Assembly (NCBI GenBank): GCA_032128115.1
Contig: JAQBHB010000068.1
Span: 1-64,000, forward strand
From: Deltaproteobacteria bacterium
GTDB lineage: Bacteria > Myxococcota_A > UBA9160 > SMWR01
Reading direction: 5' to 3'
Length of the DNA: 64,000 bases
The notes below the pieces were generated by a model. The model was not told the DNA's origin, made no database searches, and worked only from the letters and a program-made list of their open reading frames with translations. A program made the translations under genes and the position numbers. The first letter of the stretch is position 1. Every line of letters starts with the position of its first letter. Shown piece by piece: positions 27,573 to 37,290 of the stretch.

Positions 27573-30494
27573 ATGTCCGGCTGGTTCGAAACGATCCGCG
27601 AGGAGTGCTCGCGCGCCAACTGGTCGCGGGGCGTCGATCTGGCCCGCGCCAGGGCCGTCCACGCCGAACGGGTGGACCCGACGGAAGCCGTCTTCCGGGT
27701 GACGAACCCCGGTGGCATGCTCGCCCCCACCGTCACCCTGCGTCTGGACGACCCGGCCTGGGACTGCGACTGCCCGGGAAGCGACGACCCGTGCGCCCAC
27801 GTGGCCGCGGCGGCCATCGCTCTGCGCCGCTCCCAGCGCGAGGGGAACGAGCTGCCCAGCGCGGGCGCAGAGGGCGCCGGCCACGTGCGTTACTGCCTGT
27901 TCCGCGAGGAGCAGGGCGTGGGCTTCGAGCGCCGCGTGGTTGCGGGCGAGAGCGAGACGCGCCTGGATGCCAGCCTCAAGGCCATCACCGCGGGGCAGGC
28001 GAAGGGGCCTCGCTGTCTTCCCACGGAGAGCGACCTGGCCGCGGAGCGGGCGCTGGCCTCGGTCGATCTGCTCCGGGGACACCACCGCCTGTCGCAGCGC
28101 GCCGTCGAGCGCCTGATCCCAGCGCTGGCGGCGTGCGAAGACGTCCGCCTGGACGGCGAGCCGGTGCAGGTTTCCAGCGAGCCGGTGATGCCCCAGGGCC
28201 ATCTGCGCGACCAGGACAACGGCTTCCGCCTGAACATCGAGCCCGACCCGAGCATCACCGAGGTGCTCGACAACCACCTGGTGCTGTGTGGCAACACCCT
28301 GCGACCGGTGCGCGAGGTGCGCCTCGATGCGCGCGAACGCGCCGACCTGCCCCGAGGCCGCCACTATCCCCTGGAGCGCGCCCTGGATCTCGCCACCGAG
28401 ATCATCCCGGATCTGCAGCGGCGCATTCCGGTCGAGATCCACACCCGGCGTCTCCCCCGCACGAGCCGCGCCGAGCCACCGCGCGTGCGCATCGAGAGCC
28501 GCCGCCAGGGCGACGCGCTCGTGGCGCGCGCCGACCTGGTCTACGGCAATCCCGTGAACGCGCGCATCGAGTCGGGCCGCATGCTGCACGAACGCGGCGC
28601 CGTGCCCGTTCGCGACGAGGCCGCCGAGCGCCGACTCGCCCGCCACGTGCAGAGTGCGCTCGAGCTTCCGGTGGGTCGCGAGGTGAGCGTGCGCGACCGC
28701 GAGGCGCTGGCGTTGGCCCGCCGATTGGCGGCCTGGGAGGGTGAGATCGCGGGGAACGCCCACACCGGGTTTCACGCGCTCCCGGCCCTGAAACCGCGCC
28801 CGGCGCTCAGCGCCGGCGACTTCGACGTGGTCTTTGCACTACCCGACGAGATGGCCCCGCGCCGAGCCGAAGCCCGGGCCGTGTTTCGCGCCTGGGAACG
28901 CGGCGACGAGTTCGTGGCGCTGGACGGCGGCGGCTTCGCGCCCCTGCCCCGTGACTGGCTGGAGCGTTTCGGCCGGGCGACGCAGAACCTGCTCGAGGCC
29001 CGGCGCGACGACGGTGCCCTACCCGCCAGCTCCCTGCCCGACCTGGCGCGGCTCTGCGAGTCGCTGGGCGAAGCGCCGCCCGCCGAGTTCGCCCGCCTGC
29101 GCGCGATCATGGACGGGTTCGATCGGATTCCCCGCGCCACCCTTCCCGACGATCTCAGCGGGACCCTGCGCGACTACCAGCGCGCGGGCGTGGACTGGCT
29201 GTGCTTCCTGCGCGATGCCGGTCTCGGCGCCCTGCTGGCAGACGACATGGGCCTGGGCAAGACACTTCAAGTGCTGTGCGCCCTGCGCGGCCGCGCGCTG
29301 GTGGTGGCGCCCACCAGCGTGCTCCACAACTGGCGTGAGGAGATCGCGCGTTTCCGACCGGGCCTCTCGGTCTGCGTCTTCCACGGCCCCAAGCGGATGC
29401 TGGACGACACCGCGCACGTGACCCTCACCACGTATGCCACCCTGCGCCTGGACGCCGCGCTTCTCGCCGCCCCCGACTGGGATGCGGTGGTGCTCGATGA
29501 GGCCCAGGCCGTCAAGAATCCGGACAGCCAGGTGGCGCGGGCCGCGTACGGACTGCGCGGAAGCTGGCGCGTGACCGTGACGGGAACCCCGGTCGAGAAC
29601 CGCCTGGAGGAGCTCTGGAGTCAGCTCCACTTCGGCAATCCGGGGCTGCTGGGCTCGCGCAACGACTTCCAGCAGCGCTACGGCCGGCCCATGGCCGCTG
29701 GCGTTCCCGGCGTGGCCGACGAGCTGCGCACGCGCATCCGTCCCTTCGTGTTGCGGCGACTCAAGCGCGACGTGGCGCCCGAGCTTCCGCCGCGCACGGA
29801 GATGACCCTGCACTGCGAGCTCGACGACGAAGAGAGGCAGGTGTACGACGCGGTTCGCGCCGCGACCCGCGCCGACGTGGTTTCGCAGCTTCAGCAGGGC
29901 GGCAGCGTACTGGCCGCGCTGGAAGCGCTGCTGCGGCTCCGACAAGCGGCCTGCCACCGCGACCTGGTTCCGGGCCAGCAGGCGGCGGGATCCAGCAAGC
30001 TGACGCTGTTGCGGGAGGAGCTGGACACGGTGGTGGCCGATGGCCACAAGGCCCTGGTCTTCTCCCAGTGGACGGGGCTGCTGGACCGCATCGAGCCCCA
30101 TCTGCGATCGGCGGGAATCGGATTTTCGCGGCTCGACGGTTCGACACGCGATCGCGGCGCCGTGGTCGATGCCTTCCAGAGCGAAGACGGGCCGCCCGTC
30201 ATGCTGATTTCGCTCAAGGCCGGCGGCACCGGACTCAACCTCACCGCTGCCGATCACGTGTTCCTGATGGACCCCTGGTGGAACCCGGCCGTAGAGGAGC
30301 AGGCGGCGGACCGGACCCACAGGATCGGGCAGACGCGCCCGGTGATGATCTATCGCCTGGTCGCCACGGACACGGTCGAGGAGCGCATCCTCGATCTGCA
30401 GCACCGCAAGCGTGCGCTGGCGGACGCGGCCCTGGGCGGCGCGGCCCTCGCCACATCGCTCGGCCGCGACGACCTGCTGGCGCTGCTGGGATAG
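27573..30494 (+). CDS. SWIM zinc finger / SNF2 family helicase
   Basis: CDC...[62 protein letters not shown]. The ORF-track N-terminus (27465) runs through the heptamer repeat. Confidence 0.94.
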   Translation: MSGWFETIREECSRANWSRGVDLARARAVHAERVDPTEAVFRVTNPGGMLAPTVTLRLDDPAWDCDCPGSDDPCAHVAAAAIALRRSQREGNELPSAGAEGAGHVRYCLFREEQGVGFERRVVAGESETRLDASLKAITAGQAKGPRCLPTESDLAAERALASVDLLRGHHRLSQRAVERLIPALAACEDVRLDGEPVQVSSEPVMPQGHLRDQDNGFRLNIEPDPSITEVLDNHLVLCGNTLRPVREVRLDARERADLPRGRHYPLERALDLATEIIPDLQRRIPVEIHTRRLPRTSRAEPPRVRIESRRQGDALVARADLVYGNPVNARIESGRMLHERGAVPVRDEAAERRLARHVQSALELPVGREVSVRDREALALARRLAAWEGEIAGNAHTGFHALPALKPRPALSAGDFDVVFALPDEMAPRRAEARAVFRAWERGDEFVALDGGGFAPLPRDWLERFGRATQNLLEARRDDGALPASSLPDLARLCESLGEAPPAEFARLRAIMDGFDRIPRATLPDDLSGTLRDYQRAGVDWLCFLRDAGLGALLADDMGLGKTLQVLCALRGRALVVAPTSVLHNWREEIARFRPGLSVCVFHGPKRMLDDTAHVTLTTYATLRLDAALLAAPDWDAVVLDEAQAVKNPDSQVARAAYGLRGSWRVTVTGTPVENRLEELWSQLHFGNPGLLGSRNDFQQRYGRPMAAGVPGVADELRTRIRPFVLRRLKRDVAPELPPRTEMTLHCELDDEERQVYDAVRAATRADVVSQLQQGGSVLAALEALLRLRQAACHRDLVPGQQAAGSSKLTLLREELDTVVADGHKALVFSQWTGLLDRIEPHLRSAGIGFSRLDGSTRDRGAVVDAFQSEDGPPVMLISLKAGGTGLNLTAADHVFLMDPWWNPAVEEQAADRTHRIGQTRPVMIYRLVATDTVEERILDLQHRKRALADAALGGAALATSLGRDDLLALLG

Positions 30495-30503
30495 CTTCGC
30501 GCC

Positions 30504-31193
30504 GTGAAGCCGTGGGAGCTGCTCGACCAGGTGGAGACGCGAGCCGGCCCGCTGGCGTTGCATCAGCGCGGCCCTCGCGACTTCCTGATCACCATCGCCG
30601 GACGTGTGCTCATGAACAGCAGCGCCCAGCGCTCGGAGCAGGCCCTGGGAAGGCTTGCGTGTGCACGGCTGGCGTCGCGCGCAGGCGCCCGGGTGCTCGT
30701 GGGCGGCCTGGGGATGGGCATCACCCTGCGCGCCGCCCTCGACGTGCTTGAGCCCGATGCCCGGGTCGATGTGATCGAGCTCCACCCCGCCGTGATCGAG
30801 TGGTGTCGCGGCCCTCTGGCCCCCCTGACCCACCGTTGTGTGGATGAGCCGAGAGTGCGAGTGAGCTGCGGCAACGTGGCCGATGAGATCGCGAGCGCCA
30901 GCAGCGGACGCACGGGCCGTCGCTTCGACGCCATCCTGCTCGATCTCTACCAGGGCCCGCTCGAGAAGCAGCGGGCCCACGCAGATGCTTTCTTCGGGCC
31001 CGCCGCCCTGAAGCGAACGCGTGACGCTCTCGCGCAAGACGGCTGCTTTGCCACGTGGGCCGAGGACCCCGACCCGGCCTTCGAGGAGCGCCTGCGTCGG
31101 GCGGGCTTCCAGGCCGAGAAGCGCAGGCCCGGACGGGGCGGCCGGCGCCACGTGGTCTACCTGGCCACGCCGGCCTCGAACTCGAGCGCGTGA
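30504..31193 (+). CDS. Spermidine synthase-like SAM-dependent methyltransferase
   Basis: LMNS...SEQALG, VLVGGLGMGITL, FDAILLDL..GP. Confidence 0.85.
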   Translation: MKPWELLDQVETRAGPLALHQRGPRDFLITIAGRVLMNSSAQRSEQALGRLACARLASRAGARVLVGGLGMGITLRAALDVLEPDARVDVIELHPAVIEWCRGPLAPLTHRCVDEPRVRVSCGNVADEIASASSGRTGRRFDAILLDLYQGPLEKQRAHADAFFGPAALKRTRDALAQDGCFATWAEDPDPAFEERLRRAGFQAEKRRPGRGGRRHVVYLATPASNSSA

Positions 31194-32236
31194 AGCAGGT
31201 CTCCCGCGGTCCAGGGTTTCTGGAGGAATCCAATGCCCAGGGTCCGGAATTCGAACTTGGTTCTACTACGCTTGCTGAGCCCCAGGACTCGCACCTCCAG
31301 CCGGATTTCCCGCAGACGCACGACCAGCGCCACCGGATCGATCCCGGGCATGTCCCAGTCGACCAGTGCGGCTCCGATCTCGGAGTCGGCCTGGAACAAT
31401 CTGATTGCCAGCTCCGCCGAGCCGGCCTTGTAGCCGATGCACCCGACGCGTTCGAGCTGATCCAGATAGGTCGACGCGTCGGAAAAGGGTTGGTCGTCCA
31501 CGATCAGGATGCGTTGGCTGGCCACGTAAACGGAGCCGATCGCCGCAGGCAGATCCAGGAGCATGCGAATGCGCGGGTCGCCGCGCAGGAAGCGTCGGCG
31601 CTCGGGGAGAAGAATCGAAACGAGCCCGTCTGGCAGCTGTCGGGATCGAACCCACCATCGGATCCGTTTCCAGGAGCGCGGCGCCACCAGCGCCCAGTCT
31701 TGCAGTGACTCCTGCGTCACCCACGCAGCCTCGCCACTGAATGCGGCTCCCAGGTTGAGGAGCGGCTCGTCGGATTCCAGGGTGTCGAACATCCGCAGGG
31801 CCCTCGGGCTGGCGTGAAGCACCAGCCCGGATGGGCTTGTCACCACCACGCCGAACGGAACCCGGCCGCGCCGCGGCGGAGGATTCGGGGCGCGATCGAT
31901 GGCCGCCACCAGGGTCTCCGGATCGAAGGGCTTCTCGATCAAGCACGCGCAGCGGGCGCGTCGCGCCTGCACGCGCAGATCGTCCGACGCGAACCCGGTG
32001 ATCAGGAGGGTCACCAGATCCGGGTCCACTCCGCGCAGGGCCCGGGTCACGTCGAGCCCGTTGACCCGGTCTGCGAGCATCCAGTCGATCACCAGCACCT
32101 CGGGGCAGAAGCGCAGACCCACGTCCACGGCCTCGCGTGCGTTCCCCGCTACCGCCACCTGGTGTCCTTCGCGGCGGAGCCGGGCGCTCAAGTAGACGCG
32201 GTAGCGGCTCTCGTCGTTGACGACGAGCACTCTCAT
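31157..32236 (-). CDS. Response regulator with two receiver domains
   Basis: RVLVVNDE..IDWML..ITG..KPF and ILIVDD..VDWDMPG..KPW; ATG overlaps the kinase stop. Confidence 0.85.
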   Translation of the reverse strand: MRVLVVNDESRYRVYLSARLRREGHQVAVAGNAREAVDVGLRFCPEVLVIDWMLADRVNGLDVTRALRGVDPDLVTLLITGFASDDLRVQARRARCACLIEKPFDPETLVAAIDRAPNPPPRRGRVPFGVVVTSPSGLVLHASPRALRMFDTLESDEPLLNLGAAFSGEAAWVTQESLQDWALVAPRSWKRIRWWVRSRQLPDGLVSILLPERRRFLRGDPRIRMLLDLPAAIGSVYVASQRILIVDDQPFSDASTYLDQLERVGCIGYKAGSAELAIRLFQADSEIGAALVDWDMPGIDPVALVVRLREIRLEVRVLGLSKRSRTKFEFRTLGIGFLQKPWTAGDLLHALEFEAGVAR

Positions 32237-33876
32237 GCGACGCCGTCCCCCCCGGTCCCTTCGCGTGGCAGCTCGACGGTTGCGATCGTCCCGCGCTCGC
32301 GGCCGCTCTCCATCTCGATGGTGCCCCCATGGGACTCCACGATCCCCAGGCTGATGCTCGCTCCGAGCCCCGTGCCGCCTTCGTTCAACCGGGTGGTGTA
32401 GAACGGATCGAAGGCGTGGCTGACCTGTTCGGAGTCCATCCCGTGCCCGTTGTCGATCACGCACAGGATCGCGCGATCGGCACCGGCCCGCGTGCACACC
32501 AGGACACGCCCCTTCCCATCGCAGGCCTCGGCCGCGTTCCGGATCAGGTTCGTCACCACCTGTCCGATCTCGATCGGATCGCAGCAGACCCGGAGTTCGC
32601 CCACGGCCAGTTCGAGAACACCCTCGACGCCGCAGGTCCGGAGGTACGCCCGGTTCTGGTCGAACGCCTGCCGTACCCACTCGTTGAGATCCTGGGAGCT
32701 GCGCTCGCTTCGCTCGCGACGCGCGAACTGCAGGACCCGCTGCACGATGGAGGAAGCGCGATTCGTGTCGTCGATGATCCCCTTCACGGCCTTCGAAACG
32801 AGGTCGGGATCACCAGGCGCGTCGCGCGCGGCTTCGGCAGCCAGCCGAATCGTCCCCAGCGGATTGTTGATCTCGTGGGCCAGACCCCCCGCGAAGGTGC
32901 CAAGCGATGCCAGCCGCTCGGAGCGCCAGAGGGCGGCGCGGTTCGAGCGCAATTCGGCCTCCACCCGATCCCTCGCCGCGACCAAGGCGCCAAGAACGAG
33001 CGACGTGGTCCCGCCCATGGCAATGAGTGCCCAGAGCGCCCGCATGCTCAGCTCCGCGGAAGCTCCGGCGAACGGCCCGCGCCCCTGCAAGGTGAACGCC
33101 ACCGCAACCCCGGCGATCAGGAGGTTCACGGCGGCCGCGCCGGTGACCTGGAAGCGATAGGCCCCCCACAGCAGGAACGGGGCCATCGAGAACACCGGGG
33201 GGTAGACGCCGGCCTCGAACTCGCGGCCGAAGATCCAGAAGGTCGCCAGCCCGAGGCCGACAGCGAGCGTGCCCGCTTCGAGCATCCGGTACGAGCGGAA
33301 CGAGAATCGCGGACGCGTATTCCACGAGAGCAGCGGCGGCGCCACCAGCAGCACGCCCATGGCGTCTCCCAACCACCATTGCGACCAGGCGGCAGCGGCC
33401 GCGCTTCGAGGAATCATCTCGCAAGCCAGCAGTCCGGCAGTGCCCAGGATGGCACTCAGCATGGCGCTGAACCCGGCCGCCAGCACGACCAGCCCGAACA
33501 TTTCGCGCGGCGTCTGCAGGGAGACGGACCCGCCGGCCATCCGGCGCAGCAGGAAAGCGCCGGCGAGCGCCTCCAGAGAGTTGGCCGCGGCCGCAAAAAC
33601 CCCGAAACCCAACCCGGTACCGTGTTGCACCGAGACGATCAGGCTCGCCGCAACGACCGCCAGCGCCATCCAGCGCCCCCACAGGAGCACCGCCACCAAT
33701 GCGATACCGGACGGTGCCCAGACGAGCGTGACCGCGTTGGCCATCGTGGCCACACGCAACCCCAGCTCCGCCGCGAGCCAGAAGACCGCCGTCACGACGA
33801 TCGCGCGAGACAGGAGGCCGGGGAGCGCAGCCAGGCGCGGAGCCGGCGGGAGTTCCATGTCACGATTGTGCGTCAT
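32233..33876 (-). CDS. MASE1-domain sensor histidine kinase
   Basis: WAPSG, WWLGDAMG (MASE1); AHEINNPL, QVVTNLIRNA, DNGHG, FDPFYTT, GTGLG. Confidence 0.92.
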   Translation of the reverse strand: MTHNRDMELPPAPRLAALPGLLSRAIVVTAVFWLAAELGLRVATMANAVTLVWAPSGIALVAVLLWGRWMALAVVAASLIVSVQHGTGLGFGVFAAAANSLEALAGAFLLRRMAGGSVSLQTPREMFGLVVLAAGFSAMLSAILGTAGLLACEMIPRSAAAAAWSQWWLGDAMGVLLVAPPLLSWNTRPRFSFRSYRMLEAGTLAVGLGLATFWIFGREFEAGVYPPVFSMAPFLLWGAYRFQVTGAAAVNLLIAGVAVAFTLQGRGPFAGASAELSMRALWALIAMGGTTSLVLGALVAARDRVEAELRSNRAALWRSERLASLGTFAGGLAHEINNPLGTIRLAAEAARDAPGDPDLVSKAVKGIIDDTNRASSIVQRVLQFARRERSERSSQDLNEWVRQAFDQNRAYLRTCGVEGVLELAVGELRVCCDPIEIGQVVTNLIRNAAEACDGKGRVLVCTRAGADRAILCVIDNGHGMDSEQVSHAFDPFYTTRLNEGGTGLGASISLGIVESHGGTIEMESGRERGTIATVELPREGTGGDGVA

Positions 33877-33962
33877 GGGAGCACCCAGCCCAAGGAGAAT
33901 TCCACGCTGGCTCCGATGGCGAGCCCAACCATCGAGAAGCCCCGAGCGGCTACAATCTCTGC

Positions 33963-35030
33963 GTGGAACCGACCCGAAACGCCTCGATTCTCGAACGCGA
34001 GGGTTACCTGCGCATCCGCTTCGCCGGAGGCGCCTCTCCGCACTGGGCCGATTTCCACTACCTGTGGCTTCGCCACAACTGCCCGTGTTGCCGCCATCCC
34101 GAGACCGGAGAGGGGATCCTGTGCTCGTCTGCGATCCCGGCCGGGATTCGCCCGGCCTCGGCCGCGATCCGGGGCACGGATCTGGTGGTCGAGTGGAAGC
34201 AGGCCGGCGACGCGCACGTGAGCCGATTCCCGCTCGACTGGCTGGCCGGGCACGCCTACGCCGCCGAGCGCGAAGAGGTGGCCCCGCCCGTGGACGACCT
34301 CTCGCGCCTCGAAGTCGAATGCGCGGACCTGGGAGGGAAAATCGCCCTGCCCTGCATGGAGCGCGTGGCCTGCGAGGGCGCCGTGGTGGTGCGACGCGCG
34401 GGCCCGGACACGGACGCCCTGATCCGGGCCTTCGAGGGCCACGGGCTCATGGTCACGCCCAGCCACTTCGGGCGCATCGAAGACCTGCGCACCGACAACA
34501 CCACCAACCGGAACACCGACCAGCTCGGCTACACCGACGCGCCGGTGGACCTCCACACGGACCAGCCCTTCATCGCGCAGCCGCCCCGCTACCAGATGCT
34601 CCACTGCGTGCGGCCGGCAGATCGGGGCGGGGAGAACGCCGTGGCCGACGGGCTCCAGGCGGCGCGCCAGCTGCGAAGCCTGGACGCCGAGGCCTTCCGG
34701 CTGCTCACGAGCGTTCCGGTCCGCTTCGATCGCCGCCAGAAGGAGTTCGAGAGTCTCCAGGTGCGACCCATCGTCGAGCTTCGAAACGGCGAGCCCCACC
34801 AGGTGCGCAGCAGCTACTTCACCTACGCGCCCCACGACATGGCCTTCGACGTGATGGCGGCCTGGTACCGGGCCTACGCGCGTTTCGTTTCGATCCTGGA
34901 GAAGCACCAGGTGCGGCTGCTGCTTGCGGCCGGCGACTTCCTGCTCTACGACAACTACCGCATGCTCCACGCGCGCACCTCTTTCGAGGGCGCGCGTTGG
35001 CTGCGGGGCGTCTACTTCGACCCGCGCTGA
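33963..35030 (+). CDS. TauD/TfdA family 2-oxoglutarate dioxygenase with GBBH-like N-terminal domain
   Basis: WLRHNCPCC.H N-domain; HTD motif; DNYRMLHAR; R.LRGVY. Confidence 0.88.
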   Translation: MEPTRNASILEREGYLRIRFAGGASPHWADFHYLWLRHNCPCCRHPETGEGILCSSAIPAGIRPASAAIRGTDLVVEWKQAGDAHVSRFPLDWLAGHAYAAEREEVAPPVDDLSRLEVECADLGGKIALPCMERVACEGAVVVRRAGPDTDALIRAFEGHGLMVTPSHFGRIEDLRTDNTTNRNTDQLGYTDAPVDLHTDQPFIAQPPRYQMLHCVRPADRGGENAVADGLQAARQLRSLDAEAFRLLTSVPVRFDRRQKEFESLQVRPIVELRNGEPHQVRSSYFTYAPHDMAFDVMAAWYRAYARFVSILEKHQVRLLLAAGDFLLYDNYRMLHARTSFEGARWLRGVYFDPR

Positions 35031-35111
35031 CGCCCGAAGCCCCGGATCTTCGACGGATTCCAGGCGCCGTCGACGACTGCATCGCGATCGTTCCTGGCCT
35101 ATTCTCCGCCC

Positions 35112-35471
35112 ATGGGAATGGAAACCACCGGGCGCATTCATACGCTTTTCGAAACCAAGCAGGTCACCGAGCGCTTTCGGAAGCGCGAATTCGTGGTCGA
35201 GTTGGGCGACAACTCGCGGTACCCGCAGCACGTGCTCTTCCAGATGACGGGAGACCGCTGCGAAAACCTGGACGGCTACAACGTGGGCGACGAGGTGCGG
35301 GTCGAGTTCAGCCTGCGCGGGCGCGAGTGGAAGAGCCCCCAGGGCGACCTCAAATACTTCAACAGCCTGGATGTGTGGACGATCCAACGCAACGGCGCGG
35401 GCGCCGACCCGGCGGAGGCCTTTGGCCTCGAGGAGCCCCCTCCCCCGGCCGACGACGACATCCCGTTCTAG
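35112..35471 (+). CDS. DUF3127 family OB-fold protein with SSB-like acidic tail
   Basis: FRKREFVV, YPQ..FQ, F.LRGREW, YFNSL..W, C-terminal DDDIPF. Confidence 0.88.
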   Translation: MGMETTGRIHTLFETKQVTERFRKREFVVELGDNSRYPQHVLFQMTGDRCENLDGYNVGDEVRVEFSLRGREWKSPQGDLKYFNSLDVWTIQRNGAGADPAEAFGLEEPPPPADDDIPF

Positions 35472-35480
35472 AGCGCCGCC

Positions 35481-36470
35481 GTGGCGACGTCGATCCTGCG
35501 TCTGGACATGCGGGCCCCCGCGTTCTCGCCCGCCAGCGCTCGCGAGCTCTATGCCGCGGCGCTGGAGATGTCCACCTGGGCCGACCAGAACGGCTTCGAC
35601 CTGATTTCGCTCTCCGAACACCACGCCACCGACGATGGCTTCCTGCCCTCGCCCATCCCCATGGCCGGCTGCATCGCCGGTTGTACCGAGAGGATCCGCA
35701 TCGGGATCATCGCGCTGCTGCTCCCGCTCTACGACCCGGTGAAGCTGGCCGAAGACCTGGCCGTGCTCGACCTGGCGAGCGGCGGGCGTGTGGGTCTCAC
35801 AGCGGGCCTCGGCTACCGGCCCGACGAGTACGCCATGTTCGGGAAGGATTGGAAGGGGCGCGGCGCCCTGATGGACGAGTGCCTGGACGTGCTGCTCCGG
35901 GCCTGGCGCGGCGAAGAATTCGAGTACGGCGGGCGCAGGGTGAAGCTCTCGCCCCGTCCCGTCAGTCAGCCCCATCCGTTCCTCGCGGTGGGCGGTACGG
36001 GGCCCAAGGGCGCCCTGCGCGCAGCCCGCTTCGGCCTGCCCTTCCAGCCGGCCATCGGCAAGCCCGAGATCCTCGATCTCTACCGCGCCGAGTGCCAGCG
36101 CCTGGGTGTGGAGAATCCCGTGCTACTGCCGCCGGGATCGGGCCACATGACCTGGGTGTCCGAGGATCCCGATCGCACCTGGTCCGAGATCGGTCCCTAT
36201 CTGCTCCACGACGCCACCAGCTACGCGAGCTGGCAGCCGCCGGGGCACCGCTCGGCGGTGCACTCGGATGCCCAGACCGTGGACGCCATGCGCGCGGAGG
36301 GGAAGTACCGGGTGCTGACGCCCGACGAGTGCATCCAGGTGGCCCGCCTGGAGAGCCCGTCTGCCCTGTTCCTGCACTTCCCGCTGTGCGGGGGCACACC
36401 TCCGGATCTCGGCTGGCAGAGCCTGCACCTCTATGCCGACAAGGTCCTGCCGAGGCTCGCCGCCTTGTAG
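35481..36470 (+). CDS. LLM class flavin-dependent oxidoreductase
   Basis: SEHH, PVKLAEDLAVLDLASGGR, GLGYRPDEY. Confidence 0.9.
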   Translation: MATSILRLDMRAPAFSPASARELYAAALEMSTWADQNGFDLISLSEHHATDDGFLPSPIPMAGCIAGCTERIRIGIIALLLPLYDPVKLAEDLAVLDLASGGRVGLTAGLGYRPDEYAMFGKDWKGRGALMDECLDVLLRAWRGEEFEYGGRRVKLSPRPVSQPHPFLAVGGTGPKGALRAARFGLPFQPAIGKPEILDLYRAECQRLGVENPVLLPPGSGHMTWVSEDPDRTWSEIGPYLLHDATSYASWQPPGHRSAVHSDAQTVDAMRAEGKYRVLTPDECIQVARLESPSALFLHFPLCGGTPPDLGWQSLHLYADKVLPRLAAL

Positions 36471-36584
36471 GTGCGGCCTCGTCCCTCATTCGTGCGCATC
36501 TTCCGCGGCTGACGTCCCGCTCAAGTGAGGGGAATCCCCCTCCGATGAGGAGAGTGGGCCGGTACGTGCCCCGGGGCTTGGACC

Positions 36585-37280
36585 ATGCGCTCTGCAATCC
36601 TGATCGCCGCCGCTCTCGTCTGGGCCGTGTGCATCGCACCCGGCGCGGCCCGGGCCATGACCTTCGGCACGAACCTGATCGTGAACCCGGACGCGGAAGC
36701 GGACGTCGGGACGCTCGATGGTGCCGACATCACGATCACGGGCTGGACCGACCTGGGCGTCATGACCGTGGTGCAGTACGACGCCCCCGGTGGCTGGCCC
36801 CTCAGCAGTGAGCCCGGTCCGCCGGTTCGCGGCAACAACTTCTTCTCCGGCGGCAACGGCGCCACGTCCGCCATCTCCCAGGTGTTGGACGTGAGCTGGG
36901 CCCTGGGCGCCATCGACGGCGGCTACGCGGACTACGACCTCTCCGGTTGGCTGGGCGGATTCTCGAACCACGACGACCAGGCCCTGCTGACCGCCACGTT
37001 CCTGGACGCTGGTGCCACGATCCTCGGCAGCGACTCCATCGGCCCGGTGGTCGCGGCCGATCGCGGCAACCAGACCGGCCTCTTCCTGCGCCAGAGCCTG
37101 GGCACGCTTCCGGTGGGCACACGTCAGATCCGACTCGAACTGGCGGCCACGCGCTTCGTCGGCACGTCGGACGACGGCTATGCCGACAACCTGCTGCTGC
37201 TGCTCACACCGGAGCCGTCGACCGCGTTGCTTCTCGGCTCGGGGCTCCTGGGCCTCGCCCTCTTTCGTCGCCGCCGCTAG
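36585..37280 (+). CDS. Secreted PEP-CTERM sorting-domain protein
   Basis: Signal peptide; NLIVNPDAE..LSGWLGG..GYADNL; C-terminus TPEPSTALLLGSGLLGLALFRRRR. Confidence 0.9.
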   Translation: MRSAILIAAALVWAVCIAPGAARAMTFGTNLIVNPDAEADVGTLDGADITITGWTDLGVMTVVQYDAPGGWPLSSEPGPPVRGNNFFSGGNGATSAISQVLDVSWALGAIDGGYADYDLSGWLGGFSNHDDQALLTATFLDAGATILGSDSIGPVVAADRGNQTGLFLRQSLGTLPVGTRQIRLELAATRFVGTSDDGYADNLLLLLTPEPSTALLLGSGLLGLALFRRRR

Positions 37281-37290
37281 CCCGAAGACC

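Noticed and set aside
27573..31193. SNF2 helicase plus methyltransferase as an anti-phage system
   Set aside because: The methyltransferase is spermidine-synthase-like with no DNA MTase motif, SWIM-SNF2 is a common housekeeping type, and no nuclease is nearby.
25230..35030. TmpA/TmpB phosphonate pathway from the HD and GBBH-like genes
   Set aside because: The genes are about 8 kb apart with unrelated genes between them and no phosphonate transporter.
33269..36811. 1180-aa plus-strand ORF
   Set aside because: Arg/Pro/Ala-rich off-frame shadow overlapping several genes with clear motifs; typical of high-GC DNA.
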